Assembly: GCA_963664405.1 (NCBI GenBank)
Contig: OY761158.1
Span: 1,536,001 to 1,600,000, forward strand
Length of the DNA stretch: 64,000 nt
Reading direction: 5' to 3'
Origin: Thermoanaerobaculia bacterium
Lineage (GTDB): Bacteria; Acidobacteriota; Thermoanaerobaculia; Multivoradales; Multivoraceae
Shown piece by piece: positions 29,422-42,077 of this stretch (position 1 is the stretch's first letter; every line of letters starts with the position of its first letter). A program made the translations under genes and the position numbers. The notes beneath the pieces are model-generated. The model had not been told where the DNA came from, ran no database searches, and was given only the letters and a program-made list of their open reading frames with translations.

Positions 29422-29862
29422 TCAGGCCGACCCGGTAAGCGGGTTGACCGTCATAAGATCGGGGAAACGGCTGAAATCGCGGTCGGCCGTCCACAGCGCC
29501 TTCACACCGTGATCGAGGCAGAGAGTGGCGACCCGAGCTTCGTGGACCAGTGGTCCACGAATCCGGCCGGCATCCAGCAGCGCTCGCAATTGCCGCCAGT
29601 GCCGCGGCCCCTCCGACAGAAGCGTCACCGTTGGCGAGGCGAGCCAGGCGTCGATCTGCTCGATCGCCGCCTCCCTCGGAGTTGGAGGCGCCCAGATCCT
29701 GGGATGGGTCGCGATGGCATAGAACTCATGCAAACAGGGCCAGGGCAAGCCCCATGCGGAGCGACCCTCGGCCAAATCGGCAATACAGGCTTCGGCGGCC
29801 TCATGCCACTCACTGTCCTCACGATGGGCATAGACGAGGATGTTGGTGTCGACCGCGATCAA
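29422..29862 (-). CDS. vapC: PIN-domain VapC toxin
   Basis: IAVDTNILVYAHR; LHEFY; HEARVA..C; WTADRDFSRFP. Confidence 0.92.
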   Translation of the reverse strand: MIAVDTNILVYAHREDSEWHEAAEACIADLAEGRSAWGLPWPCLHEFYAIATHPRIWAPPTPREAAIEQIDAWLASPTVTLLSEGPRHWRQLRALLDAGRIRGPLVHEARVATLCLDHGVKALWTADRDFSRFPDLMTVNPLTGSA

Positions 29863-30116
29863 CCGCCGCGTCCCTCGTAGGCGGCTTCACGCGTCCGGCT
29901 CCAGGACCCGTCTTGAAACTCCATCTGCAGCCCCTCGCCTCGAAACGACCTCTTGCCCAGCTTGAAGGCGGCGGGAGACCGGCGGCGCTCGAGCTCATGT
30001 CGCAGCCCTGCCTCGATCAGCTCTCGCAGCGTAGTGCCCTCCTCTACCGCCACACTCTTTGCCTCCTCGCAGAGAGCGTCACCGATCTCTACAGTAGTCT
30101 TCATATGGGTAACCAT
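29859..30116 (-). CDS. vapB: VapB-type antitoxin
   Basis: MKTTVEIGDAL...TTLRELIEAGLR ribbon-helix-helix pattern; AYEGRG tail; 4-bp overlap with vapC; ATATGG-N4-CCATAT palindrome over the start. Confidence 0.85.
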   Translation of the reverse strand: MVTHMKTTVEIGDALCEEAKSVAVEEGTTLRELIEAGLRHELERRRSPAAFKLGKRSFRGEGLQMEFQDGSWSRTREAAYEGRGG

Positions 30117-30192
30117 ATCATCTTATATGTGGACCCTTACTCACTAGAATGGACGTTGTTGCAATCAGCTACCATGACGAAGAGGCTGAACA

Positions 30193-31653
30193 CTGACGGA
30201 CTTCATCACACCTCTCGACACGAGAGACAATTCTCTAGAAAGAGTCGGTGGCAAAGGCAGGTCCCTTTCCCGCCTAGCCAACGCCGGATTCGAAACGCCG
30301 GGAGGATTTCAGTTGCCCACCTCGGCATACAGGAGCTTTGTCGCCGACAACGACCTTCAAGAGAAAATACTGGCCCTCGCCAAACCCGTCATCGTCGACG
30401 GAGCCCTTTCTTTCGAGCAGGCCTCGGCGAGTATTCGGCAGCTCTTCGACCCGCGGGAGCTCTCCCCCACTCTGGCGCGAGAGATCACTGCCGCCTACCA
30501 GGCTCTCGACGGAAGCCCGGCCGTCGGCTTCCAGGCCTTTCTCGAAGAGCACGCGCCGGACGAAGGGCTCATCAGCGGTAGTTTCCTGAGCGGCTTCGCG
30601 TCGAGGACGCTCGACGCCGAGGCCGTCATGCGAGCCATCGCCGATCGCATCCGCACGAGCTCGTCGCTCTACGAGCTCATCATCATGACCCCGGAGACGC
30701 GCTTCCTCGCCGCGCTCGAGGAGCACCCGGAAGGCAAGGCGGTCCTGGAAGCCATCGACAAGTACCTCGATGACTATGGTCGACAAGTCTTCAATCTCGA
30801 CTTCGTCGAGCCCGCCCTGGCGGAAGAGCCCTTGCCTTTTGTCATGAGCTTGAAAGCACTGGTTCGCGACGCCGGGTACGACCTCGTGGCTCGGCAGCGT
30901 GACGTTGCCAAGATGCGCAGGTCGAAGTTCGTGGCGGCCCTCAAGTTCTTCAAAGGGAAACAGCGTTTCGCCTTCCTGAACCGTTACTTCACCGCGCGCG
31001 TCAACTATCCCAGCCGCGAAGAAGCCTTGTTCTTCATGGGCGCCGCCTGGGCCGTCTTGCGCCCCTTGGCCTTGGAGCTGGGCCGTCGACTGGCGAGCAT
31101 CGGCACCCTCGAGCAGCCGGATGACGTTTTCTATCTGACCCATGACGAGCTACGAGCGGCGATCGCAGCTCGGACCGAGAATCGAGCCATGCCGGAGCTG
31201 AAGAGCAAGGCCTCGGATCAACGCGCCCTGCGCGATCGACGCTTGCGGATGAATCAGCCGGCGGCGATTCCTGATCTTCCCGACAAACAAGGCCCCTGGT
31301 CGACACTGCGAAACAACGAGGCCGGCGAGGGCGTACTGCGAGGCTTCGCGGTGAGCCCGGGCAGCGTGACCGGGGTCGCCAGCGTCATCATGTCTCCTCA
31401 GGAGTTCGGCAAGATGAAGCCGGGCTCGATCCTGGTCTGCCCCCTCACTACGCCGGCCTGGACCCAGCTCTTTCCCCATGCCACCGGGCTGGTGACCGAC
31501 ATCGGCAGTATCCTGGCCCACGGCTCCATAGTCGCGCGCGAGTACGGCATTCCCGCGGTGCTCGGTATCGGCGACGTCACCCAGCGGGTCAAGAGCGGGC
31601 AGACGATCGCCGTCGACGGTGATCGAGGAACCGTGACGATTCTGGAAGGCTGA
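30193..31653 (+). pseudogene. Rifamycin phosphotransferase / PEP-synthase-like gene with a large in-frame internal deletion
   Basis: Frame opens at CTG 30193: LTDFITPLD...VGGKGRSLSRLANAGFETPGGF (PPDK N-terminus), then jumps at LDGSPAV|GFQAFL to middle-domain sequence; AVRSS/EDxxxxSFAG ATP-grasp core absent; swivel His domain TDIGSILAHGSIVAREYGIPAV intact. Confidence 0.75.
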
Positions 31654-31698
31654 TCGTTCGCGACGCTGGCCGAGGTGGGGTGCCCTGGACGGCCGGCG

Positions 31699-34116
31699 CT
31701 AGTCGTGGCGCAGCGCGACCGTCGGCTCGGTACGAGACGCGCGTAGTGCCGGCAAGAGCGACGCCAAAAAGGCGATTGGCGCCAGAGCGGCGGCAACGGT
31801 AAGGAAGGTGAGCGGATCGAAGGGGCCGATCTCGAACAGAATCGAGCCAAGTAGGCGACTCAAGGCGAGCGCTACCGCCAACCCGATCCCGAGCCCGGCA
31901 GAACACAGTCGTATTGACTGGCCTAGAACCAGACGAAGCACCGAGCCGCGGTCGGCGCCCATCGCCATGCGGATGCCCATCTCGCCGGTGCGCTCGCGGG
32001 TGTTGGTGGCCATGACGCCGTAGAGCCCGCTCATCGCCAGCCCAAGAGCCAGGAGCGCGAAGATCGCGAAGAGGTAGCCAACGACTCGATGCTGCCACAC
32101 GCTCTCGAGCAGCCGACTCTCCATCGACTGCACATCGTAGGCCGCCTGATCGGGATCGACGGCCCGAATCGCCGCCACCACCGAATCGGCGAGGGTCATC
32201 GGATCGACCGAGGTCTTCATTACGACGAAAAAATTGTCGGGAGGGCGCGGCTGAGGCGAAGGAAGGTAGATGTCGTGCCGTGTGTCCGCCTCGTCGGCGC
32301 GGTGCTTCACCTCACCCACCACTCCGACCACGGTGCGCCAGTCTGCCGACTCCGACCCCAATCGAACCCTCTGCCCCACTGGTGCAGTGTCCGGCCAGAG
32401 GGTCTCTGCCAGCCCGCGGCTGATCATCACCACCAGAGGCGCCTCGGGACCGTCCCTGGAATCGAAGTCGCGCCCCGAGAAAAGGGGGATGTCCAAGCTC
32501 CCCCGGTAGCCCCTGCTCACTCGCGTCAGCGCCGCCGAGGGATTGCGTTTCCACTCGTCCTCCGACTGACCGTCCGCGATCACCAGGTTGCGCTCGCGGC
32601 TTTCGACCTGAGTCAGCGGCAGGCTCGAAGCCAGGGCGGCGCTCTCGACCCCGGGCAGCGCCGACAGTCGATCCAGGAACTGGCGATGGAACGAGCGCAC
32701 CCGATCGTCGTCACGGTAGAGAAGCCAGGTCAGCGAGACGCGAAAGGTGAGCACGCGCTCGGTAGCGAAGCCCACCTCATTGTTCATGATGCGCATGAAG
32801 CTGCGCATCACCAATCCCGCGCCGACCAGCAGGGTCACCGACAACGCGATCTCGGCCACCACCAACACCGAGCGCATCCGTCTCTGCGAGCGGCCGCCGG
32901 CCAAAGCCCCGGCGTCGCCGCGCAGAGTCCCGATGCCGCTACTCGAAGAGGCCCGCAGCGCCGGCACGACACCTGCCAGGACACCGCAGAGAAGAGCGAG
33001 CAGAAAGGCAAACGCCATCACCGGTCCGTCGACCGAGACGGTCATCCACGGCGGCAGATCGAAGCGCACCAGCGCCACCAGCGCCTCGATCAGCCGCCCC
33101 GCCAGCCACAAACCCAGAACGCCGCCGGCAACGGCGAGGAGCAGGCATTCGATCAATACATGCTGGATCAATCTGCGGCGACCTGCTCCGAGAGCGGCGC
33201 GCAGCGCGATCTCGCGGGAGCGCCCTACGACTCGAGAGAGCAGCAGATTGGTGGCGTTGACACAAGCGATCAACAACACCAGCAACACCGCCCCAGAGAG
33301 CAGGACAGCGTAGACCCGCACCTCGGAGATGTAGGTCTCCCGCAGCGGTACCGCCTCCAGACCGACATCGCGGTGGGTGTCGGGATAGAGCTCCGCGAGA
33401 GTCGCCGCAACACTCCGGAGCTGCGCCCTCGCTTCGTCGAGGGAGACCCCCGAAGCGAGCCTGGCGATGCCGATCACCCGGCGGCGTCTCCGGTCCTGGG
33501 ACTCGGAAACCGAGTCCAGGATGAAAACGGAGCGGTAGATATCGGTACGCGAAGGGAAATCGAAACCTCGCGGAAGGACTCCAAAAACCGTATAGGGCGC
33601 GCCATCGAGAAATACACGGCTCCCGACCACTTCCGCGTCCGAATGAAAGCTGTTCCGCCAGATTCGATGACTCAAGACCAAGCCGAAGCTGCGTGTCCAG
33701 TCGTAGTCCTCGGGCCAGACCGTGCCAACCAGAGGGGTCACACCGAGCACCGAGAACAGGTCTCGAGTGGCCGTGATCGCTGCCAGCTGTTGAGGGCGAT
33801 CGTCAGTATTGAGATTGTAGGAAAAGCCGGGCACGTACCCGCCGACGCCATCGAAGACCTCGGTCATCTCGCGCAGCTCCTCGATCTCCAGCATCGAGAC
33901 TCTCCCGGGCTCGCCCTCTCGCCTCGCCTCGATGCGCACCAGCCGCTCCGGCTCCGGAAAGGGCAAGGGCTTCAAGAGGACCGTCCTGACGATGCTGTAA
34001 ACCGCCGTCCCCGAAGCGATGCCGAGAGCGAAAACGACAACGACCAGGGCGCTCAGCGCCGGCCGGCGCCGAAAGCTGCGCAGGGCCAGGCGAAGGTCGT
34101 CAACGAAGCCGCTCAT
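31699..34116 (-). CDS. ADOP-type duplicated ABC transporter permease (MacB/FtsX x2), no adjacent ATPase
   Basis: DLRLALRSF; LLKPLPFPEPERLV; LLIACVNATNLLL..R.REIALRAALGA; EMGIRMAMGA; PALRASRTEP.VALR. Confidence 0.92.
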   Translation of the reverse strand: MSGFVDDLRLALRSFRRRPALSALVVVVFALGIASGTAVYSIVRTVLLKPLPFPEPERLVRIEARREGEPGRVSMLEIEELREMTEVFDGVGGYVPGFSYNLNTDDRPQQLAAITATRDLFSVLGVTPLVGTVWPEDYDWTRSFGLVLSHRIWRNSFHSDAEVVGSRVFLDGAPYTVFGVLPRGFDFPSRTDIYRSVFILDSVSESQDRRRRRVIGIARLASGVSLDEARAQLRSVAATLAELYPDTHRDVGLEAVPLRETYISEVRVYAVLLSGAVLLVLLIACVNATNLLLSRVVGRSREIALRAALGAGRRRLIQHVLIECLLLAVAGGVLGLWLAGRLIEALVALVRFDLPPWMTVSVDGPVMAFAFLLALLCGVLAGVVPALRASSSSGIGTLRGDAGALAGGRSQRRMRSVLVVAEIALSVTLLVGAGLVMRSFMRIMNNEVGFATERVLTFRVSLTWLLYRDDDRVRSFHRQFLDRLSALPGVESAALASSLPLTQVESRERNLVIADGQSEDEWKRNPSAALTRVSRGYRGSLDIPLFSGRDFDSRDGPEAPLVVMISRGLAETLWPDTAPVGQRVRLGSESADWRTVVGVVGEVKHRADEADTRHDIYLPSPQPRPPDNFFVVMKTSVDPMTLADSVVAAIRAVDPDQAAYDVQSMESRLLESVWQHRVVGYLFAIFALLALGLAMSGLYGVMATNTRERTGEMGIRMAMGADRGSVLRLVLGQSIRLCSAGLGIGLAVALALSRLLGSILFEIGPFDPLTFLTVAAALAPIAFLASLLPALRASRTEPTVALRHD

Positions 34117-34157
34117 GCTGCCGGCGATTCTAACCAGCTACGTTAAGCTGACACCCA

Positions 34158-36011
34158 ATGACGACCAAGAGATCCCTCCCCATCGCCGCCATCACCATGC
34201 TCGTGCTCTCGATCGTCGAACCGGCGCGCGGCTCAGAGCTGATTCGTGAAGCCATGCCCACGGAGCTGGTTCCTTCGCCAGCGGAGTACGCCGTTCTACT
34301 GCCAGATGGCTACGACGCGGAGGGCGAGCGCCTGCCGCTGCTCCTTTTGCTCCATGGCGCCGGCAGCGACCGCGAGCATCTCGACCGGGTTCGCCCCCAG
34401 ATCGAGGAGATGTGGCAGAGCGGCGAGCTTCCGCCGATGGTCGTGGCGACGCCTTCAGTCCCGCCCGGGACCGTCTACATGGACTTCCGCGACGGCTCGG
34501 CAAAGTGGGAGACCTTCGTCACCCAAGAGCTCTTGGCGCACCTGCAGTCTCGCTACCGCATCCGCAGCGATCGCGAAGGCACGATGGTGACCGGAGTCTC
34601 GATGGGTGGCTCGGGCAGCCTGCGCTTCGCCTTCCGCTATCCCGAGACCTTTGGCGCGGTCGCCGCGTTGGAGGCCGGCATCTGGCCGGCACTGCGGTGG
34701 CAAGACGTAGCGGAGGAACATCGCATCCGTCAGCCGGATCGGCTGGCGGCCCTGTTCGGTGATCCCTTCGACGAAGAGCTCTGGGAGAGCAGCAATCCGG
34801 CTTCGATCGCCGCGGCGGCGCCGTCACGCCTGCGCGACCTCGCGATCTACATCGAATGTGGCGAGGCCGACGCCTTCGGCTTTCACGAAGGCGCGGAGTT
34901 TCTCCACCAGACCCTCTGGCGTCACCGCATTCAACACCAGTACCGCCTGGTGCGCTGGGCCGATCATGTGGGCAGCAGTCGCTTCGAGCGCTCCGCCGAC
35001 CGCTTTCGCTTTCTCGCTCGCTATCTCGCGCAACCAACGCCGCCCGAACCGGATGTCGAGGCCTTTCGCGAGCGCATGGCCGAGCGCGACCGCGGGAAGG
35101 GATTTGCGCCCTTTCCATTCTGGCCGGATGAGCCGCGACGGGTCACCGAGACCGGGCAGACGAGCCCAGATCTGAGCAGCCTGCAGCAGCAGGCCGATCA
35201 GATCCGGCGCGAGCGAGGGGTGGTGCGGATCTCGGATGTTGGCTACGCGGAGATCGACGGCGTCGATCCCGAGCGGCTGAGCTTGGACGTCTACACCCGG
35301 GAGGGCCTCGCCGGCGCCCCGGTCATCCTCTACGCCCATGGCGGAGGATGGTCGCGAGGAAGCAAAGCGCAGGCTCTCTTCAAACCTGGAGTGCTGGTGC
35401 CTGCCGGCTATCTCTTCGTGTCGATGAACTACCGATTCCGGCCCGAGGCCGAGCTGAGGGAGATGGGCCTCGATATCGCAACCGCAGCGATGTGGCTGAA
35501 GCGCAACGCCAAAAAGTACGGCGGCGACCCGGAGCGAATCGTGCTGATGGGCCACTCAGCCGGCGCTCATCTAGTCTCGGCGGTCGGCACCGACGAGAGC
35601 TATCTCGAACAGGCGGGAGGATCGCTCTCGGATCTGCGCGGGGTCATCTCGCTCGACACCGCGATGTACAATGTTCCGCTGCAAATGGAGGGAGCCGGGG
35701 GCATCCAGACGGAAGCCTTCGGTACGGATCCGGCAGTGTGGCTCGAGGTCTCTCCATGGCATCACATCGAGGCCGGCAAGGGGATTCCACCCTACCTCCT
35801 CTTCATCTCCGACGGCCGCCGGGAGGCTTCGACGCAGCCGATCCCGTTCACCGAGAGGCTGAAGGCCGCCGGGGTTGATGCCGCATGGCACGAGATCGCC
35901 GGCAAGGGTCACTCGCCGCTCGATCTAATGATCGGGACCGAGGGCGACGAGACCACGCGGCTGATCTCAGAGTTCCTGGCGAGATACGCGCCCACCGCGA
36001 GCACGAGGTAG
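34158..36011 (+). CDS. Secreted double alpha/beta hydrolase (esterase domain + HSL/BD-FAE-like domain)
   Basis: N-domain LLHGAG / GVSMGG; C-domain HGGGW / GHSAG, strongly similar to 395..1501. Confidence 0.88.
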   Translation: MTTKRSLPIAAITMLVLSIVEPARGSELIREAMPTELVPSPAEYAVLLPDGYDAEGERLPLLLLLHGAGSDREHLDRVRPQIEEMWQSGELPPMVVATPSVPPGTVYMDFRDGSAKWETFVTQELLAHLQSRYRIRSDREGTMVTGVSMGGSGSLRFAFRYPETFGAVAALEAGIWPALRWQDVAEEHRIRQPDRLAALFGDPFDEELWESSNPASIAAAAPSRLRDLAIYIECGEADAFGFHEGAEFLHQTLWRHRIQHQYRLVRWADHVGSSRFERSADRFRFLARYLAQPTPPEPDVEAFRERMAERDRGKGFAPFPFWPDEPRRVTETGQTSPDLSSLQQQADQIRRERGVVRISDVGYAEIDGVDPERLSLDVYTREGLAGAPVILYAHGGGWSRGSKAQALFKPGVLVPAGYLFVSMNYRFRPEAELREMGLDIATAAMWLKRNAKKYGGDPERIVLMGHSAGAHLVSAVGTDESYLEQAGGSLSDLRGVISLDTAMYNVPLQMEGAGGIQTEAFGTDPAVWLEVSPWHHIEAGKGIPPYLLFISDGRREASTQPIPFTERLKAAGVDAAWHEIAGKGHSPLDLMIGTEGDETTRLISEFLARYAPTASTR

Positions 36012-36044
36012 CGACTCGAGGCAGGAGCCTCTCACTCCCCGCAC

Positions 36045-37955
<1,911 letters not shown>

Positions 37956-37971
37956 CCAGCATTTCTGGCGG

Positions 37972-40722
37972 CTACCCTGTGTTTTTTAGGCCAGCGGCAA
38001 GGCCGTTGATGGTCAAGAGCAGTGCTCGTCGCAGCGAGCGATCGGGCTCGCCGGCGAGGGAGCGCTGACGTTTGAGCAGCGCGATCTGCAGGTAGCTGAG
38101 CGGATCCAGGTAGGGCGCTCTCACCCGCAACGTCCGCTGCAGTGTCGGCTGCCGCTCGAGCAGCTCGGTCTGACCTGTCACCCACAAGACGTTGCGCACG
38201 GAGCTCTCGTGCTCGGCCTCGATGTCGGCGAAGATCGAATGCAGCTCGGGGCGCACCAACTCTTCTACGTAGCGCCGCGTGATCTCGAGGTCGGTCTTGA
38301 CCAGGGGCATCTCGACGCTCGAAAGGAGGGTCTGGAAGAAGCTCCACTCCTGGTGCATCTCCTTGAGTACCTCACCGAGCCCTTCCTCTCGGCCTCGCTC
38401 CAGCGCGGCACCGACGCCGTACCAGCCAGGCACGATCTGCCGCGACTGCGTCCAGCCGAAGACCCACGGGATCGCCCGCAGGCTGTCGATACCGGTGATC
38501 TCGCCGCCGCGTCGGGCCGGCCGCGAGCCGATGTTCATCTGGGCGAGCTCCTCCACCGGCGTCGAGGTCAGGAAGTACTCGACGAATCCTTCGCGCTCGA
38601 CCAAGGAGCGATAGTGCTGGTAGGCGATGGCGGACAGCCGGTCCATCGCTTCCCACCAGCGCTTGCGCACGGCTGCATCATGACGCGGCTCGGTGTGGAG
38701 CAGCGAAGCCTCGGTCACTGCCGCCAGCATGAGCTCCAGATGAGCTTCGGCAATGCCGGCGTTGCCGTAGTGATCGGAGATGACCTCGCCCTGCTCGGTG
38801 AGCTTGATGCGGCCGTCCACGGTGAGTGAGGGCTGAGCCAGGATGGCGTCGCGCGCCGGGCCACCGCCGCGGCCCGCGCTGCCACCGCGGCCGTGAAAGA
38901 GCATCAACGAGATGCCGTGGCGAGTGGCACAGTCACGAAGTGCGACCTGGGCACGATAGAGCTCCCATTGCGAGGTGGCGATGCCGCCGTCTTTCGACGA
39001 ATCCGAATACCCGACCATGACTTCAGCCGTATCGCCCTGGAGCTCGACGATCCTACGGACCGTGGGATCGGCCCAGTAGCGATCCATCACCTCGGCGGCA
39101 CAGCGTAGGTCCGCGACAGTCTCGAAGAGCGGAACCACCCGCAGCCGGGCGACCCCGGCGTGAGGATCCACCAGTCCAGCTTCCTTTGCCAACACGAGAA
39201 CGGCCATCAGATCCGAGCGATCGCGAGTCATCGAGATGATCCAAGTATCGAGCGCCTCCTCGCCGTAGCGATCCTGCGTCTCGCGCACCAGACGCGCGAG
39301 ATCGAGAACCTCTCGTGTGTGCGAGCTTGGCTCGGTAGAGGGGAGGCTCAAGGGGCGGCGGCCGGCGAGCTCGGTGGCGAGGATCTCGGCCCGCTCTCGC
39401 GGCGACCGTGCACCGAAGCCGGCACCCTCGGAATCGACGCGGTCGATGAGCTCGGCGACCGCCGCGTTGGTGACACTCGAGTCCTGGCGGATATCCATCG
39501 CCGCCAGTGTGAGCCCGAAGGTCTCGACGTCACGGATGAGGCGCTCGAGGCGGCCGCGGGCTACGTTGCGCCCGCGATGCGCCATCAGCGAGCGGTGCAT
39601 GACCAGGAGGTCCCGACGCAGCTCGCCTGCGCTCGAGTAGGTCGGGCCCGGCGGCGGCGCCCAGCTACGAGCTACCGCCAGGCCGTTCACCAGGCTCTCG
39701 TAAATGTAAGCGCAGTGCAGTCGGTAGGGCTCGTCGCGGTTGATCCGTCCGTAGCTCTCCCAGGCACCGGGCAGAGCCTCTTTGTGCCGCGCGAGTGATT
39801 GTCGTAGCTCCGCCGAAACCTCGACGATCAGGGAGGACTGGCTGAGCTCCGTGGCAAGGGCACGGACCTCGTCACGCAGCTTGCGCAGCGCGCGCTCTGC
39901 CTGGAGCCCGAGCACTTCGCGGGTTACGGCTGCGGTCACGTAGGGATTGCCGTCGCGATCGCCTCCCACCCAGGTTCTCAATCGCAGCGGGCTGCGAGGC
40001 TCCGACGGGCTCGCCCCGTGCTCCGCGAAGGCGTCGTCGAGCCGGTCTGCAGCGGCAGCGGCGATGCCGCCGAAGAGGCGCTCGAGGTAGTAGATGACGT
40101 TGCGAGCCTCGTCGAGCGGTCCTGGGCGCTCCTGACGCAGCTCGTCGGTCTGCAACATCGCCTCGATGAGCTCGACCATCCTCTCGCGGCCAAGCCGGCG
40201 TGAGCGCCCGCCGTCTTTAGCGTCTCTTCCGAGCTGGGTGTCCATCGCCTGCAACTTATCGAGGATCGAGCGCCGCGCCGCCTCGGTAGGATGAGCGGTG
40301 AAGACGGGACTGACGCGCAGTCGCGCGGCAAAGGCTGCGAGCTCTCGAGACGACACGCCGGCCTCGACCGCCCGCTCGAGCACATTCTCGATCCGGTTCT
40401 CCGCAGCCAGGAAGGAGTCGCCGACGCGGTGGTGCTGCTCGGCGGTGTTGGCGATGTGGAAGTAGCTGGTGAAGGCACGGACGAGACGCAGCACCTCCTG
40501 CATCGAGGCCCCATCGAGCTTCGCGAAGAGCTCCTTTCGCTCGGCCTCGACGGGCCTCGCCCGAAGAGTCCGGGTGGCGAGACGCACGCTCTCTTCCAGC
40601 TCGAAGAAGTCCTCGCCCCACTGGTCACGGATGACCGCGCCGAGGATCTCGCCGAGCTCGCGAATATCGGTCCGAAGCGCGGCATCGTCCTTAGCTGCAG
40701 CGTTCGGGTCGCGTCTTGCCAC
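37972..40722 (-). CDS. ppc: Phosphoenolpyruvate carboxylase
   Basis: VFTAHPTE; WVGGDRDGNP; VMVGYSDSSKDGG; FHGRGGSAGRGG; LRAIPWVFGWTQ; C-terminal GLKNTG. Start set at GTG 40722. Confidence 0.97.
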   Translation of the reverse strand: MARRDPNAAAKDDAALRTDIRELGEILGAVIRDQWGEDFFELEESVRLATRTLRARPVEAERKELFAKLDGASMQEVLRLVRAFTSYFHIANTAEQHHRVGDSFLAAENRIENVLERAVEAGVSSRELAAFAARLRVSPVFTAHPTEAARRSILDKLQAMDTQLGRDAKDGGRSRRLGRERMVELIEAMLQTDELRQERPGPLDEARNVIYYLERLFGGIAAAAADRLDDAFAEHGASPSEPRSPLRLRTWVGGDRDGNPYVTAAVTREVLGLQAERALRKLRDEVRALATELSQSSLIVEVSAELRQSLARHKEALPGAWESYGRINRDEPYRLHCAYIYESLVNGLAVARSWAPPPGPTYSSAGELRRDLLVMHRSLMAHRGRNVARGRLERLIRDVETFGLTLAAMDIRQDSSVTNAAVAELIDRVDSEGAGFGARSPRERAEILATELAGRRPLSLPSTEPSSHTREVLDLARLVRETQDRYGEEALDTWIISMTRDRSDLMAVLVLAKEAGLVDPHAGVARLRVVPLFETVADLRCAAEVMDRYWADPTVRRIVELQGDTAEVMVGYSDSSKDGGIATSQWELYRAQVALRDCATRHGISLMLFHGRGGSAGRGGGPARDAILAQPSLTVDGRIKLTEQGEVISDHYGNAGIAEAHLELMLAAVTEASLLHTEPRHDAAVRKRWWEAMDRLSAIAYQHYRSLVEREGFVEYFLTSTPVEELAQMNIGSRPARRGGEITGIDSLRAIPWVFGWTQSRQIVPGWYGVGAALERGREEGLGEVLKEMHQEWSFFQTLLSSVEMPLVKTDLEITRRYVEELVRPELHSIFADIEAEHESSVRNVLWVTGQTELLERQPTLQRTLRVRAPYLDPLSYLQIALLKRQRSLAGEPDRSLRRALLLTINGLAAGLKNTG

Positions 40723-40753
40723 CGGGTACCTCAGAAGCTCTTCCCGTTCCCCA

Positions 40754-41110
40754 TCAGCTCTTCTGATAGTGGGGCTGGTACAGCTCCACCTCGAAGTCAC
40801 CCGGCATCTTGAAGTGGGTCACGAGACCGAAACCCGCATCGACGATCCCGTCGCTGAACTCGACTCCCTTTTCTCGCATCTCGGCCACGGTCTCTTCGAT
40901 GTCGTCGCAGTAGAAAGAGATGTAGGGAGTTCCCGAAGTTTCTCCGTCGGTCGTCTCGGCGGGGTGGCAACCCATATCGGCCTCAGGAAGGTTGAAGATC
41001 AGCCATCCATCGCCGACATCGGTAAAGGGGAAGCCGAGCTTGTCGCGGATGAAGGCGCGCAGGGCCTCGGGCTCCGAGGTGTAGAACATGGTGTGAACGC
41101 CTTTGATCAT
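40754..41110 (-). CDS. VOC/glyoxalase family protein
   Basis: AFIRDKLGF; ISFYCDDIEETVAEMREKGVEF; PGDFEVELYQP. Confidence 0.88.
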   Translation of the reverse strand: MIKGVHTMFYTSEPEALRAFIRDKLGFPFTDVGDGWLIFNLPEADMGCHPAETTDGETSGTPYISFYCDDIEETVAEMREKGVEFSDGIVDAGFGLVTHFKMPGDFEVELYQPHYQKS

Positions 41111-41176
41111 TGCATCCTCCTATGCGGGAATTATAGGTCCGGGCGCGTCGATCGGCCGCAGGGGATGTAGGATTGG

Positions 41177-42061
41177 ATGAAGCAGGGAGAAACGAACACG
41201 CCACAGCCACTGGATCCGGTTCCCGTCGAAGACTTCTCCGAGCTCAATCGAGAGATGGTCACGGCACTCCGCGATGACGACGAAGCGATCCGCCGCGTGG
41301 GTCTGAGAGAGACGGCTGAAGCACTCGACGACGAGCTCGCCGCTGAGCTGCTCCGCCTCCTCCACAGCGAAGGCGGCGAGGTGTTCCGGGGGGACGTGGC
41401 CATCGCACTGGGCCCGAGCCTGGAGCTCTGCGATGTCGAGCTCGACCCCGAAGGGCGCATCCCGGACACCCACGACGACCCGATGATGATGGCTCCACTG
41501 ACTCACGGAATGTACCAGCGGGTGACGGAGGATCTCCACTCTGTCTATGCCGATGCGAACTATCCCAAGCTGGTGCGCCGCAGAGCGCTAGAGGGTGCCG
41601 TCCGGTCACCCCGGCCGTGGCAAGAAGCGGCGACCCGCGCCGCCTGGGCCTCGGACGATCCCGAGTGGCGAGCCACCGCCGTTTTCTGCATGGGGCTCCT
41701 CCACCACTGCGACTTTGCGGAGGAGATTGCGGCCGCCCTCCACTGCGACGAAGATCCCAGCCGCTACGAAGCGGTCGTTGCCGCGGGTCATCGGGCGATC
41801 GAGGCTCTGGGCGCCGAGATCCGAGCGATCGCGCTCGACGAAGAAGCCCTCCCGGAGCTGCGCTACGTGGCGGTCGAGGCAATGCCGACGCTCGCTGTCA
41901 AAGATGCCGGAGACATCCTTCTCGAGTTGTCCAACTCGGACAACGAGCGAATGGCCGAAGCCGCGGAGAACGCGCTGGAGGAGCTCACACTGATTGGCCT
42001 CGCCGAGGCCTTCGACGAAGGGCTCGACGAATTTGACGATGACATCTTGAAACCCAACTGA
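41177..42061 (+). CDS. HEAT-repeat protein
   Basis: Repeated VRRRALE / WRATAVFCMG / RYEAVVAAG / LRYVAVEAM helical pairs; acidic. Confidence 0.75.
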   Translation: MKQGETNTPQPLDPVPVEDFSELNREMVTALRDDDEAIRRVGLRETAEALDDELAAELLRLLHSEGGEVFRGDVAIALGPSLELCDVELDPEGRIPDTHDDPMMMAPLTHGMYQRVTEDLHSVYADANYPKLVRRRALEGAVRSPRPWQEAATRAAWASDDPEWRATAVFCMGLLHHCDFAEEIAAALHCDEDPSRYEAVVAAGHRAIEALGAEIRAIALDEEALPELRYVAVEAMPTLAVKDAGDILLELSNSDNERMAEAAENALEELTLIGLAEAFDEGLDEFDDDILKPN

Positions 42062-42077
42062 GTGAGGAGGAAGCTCG

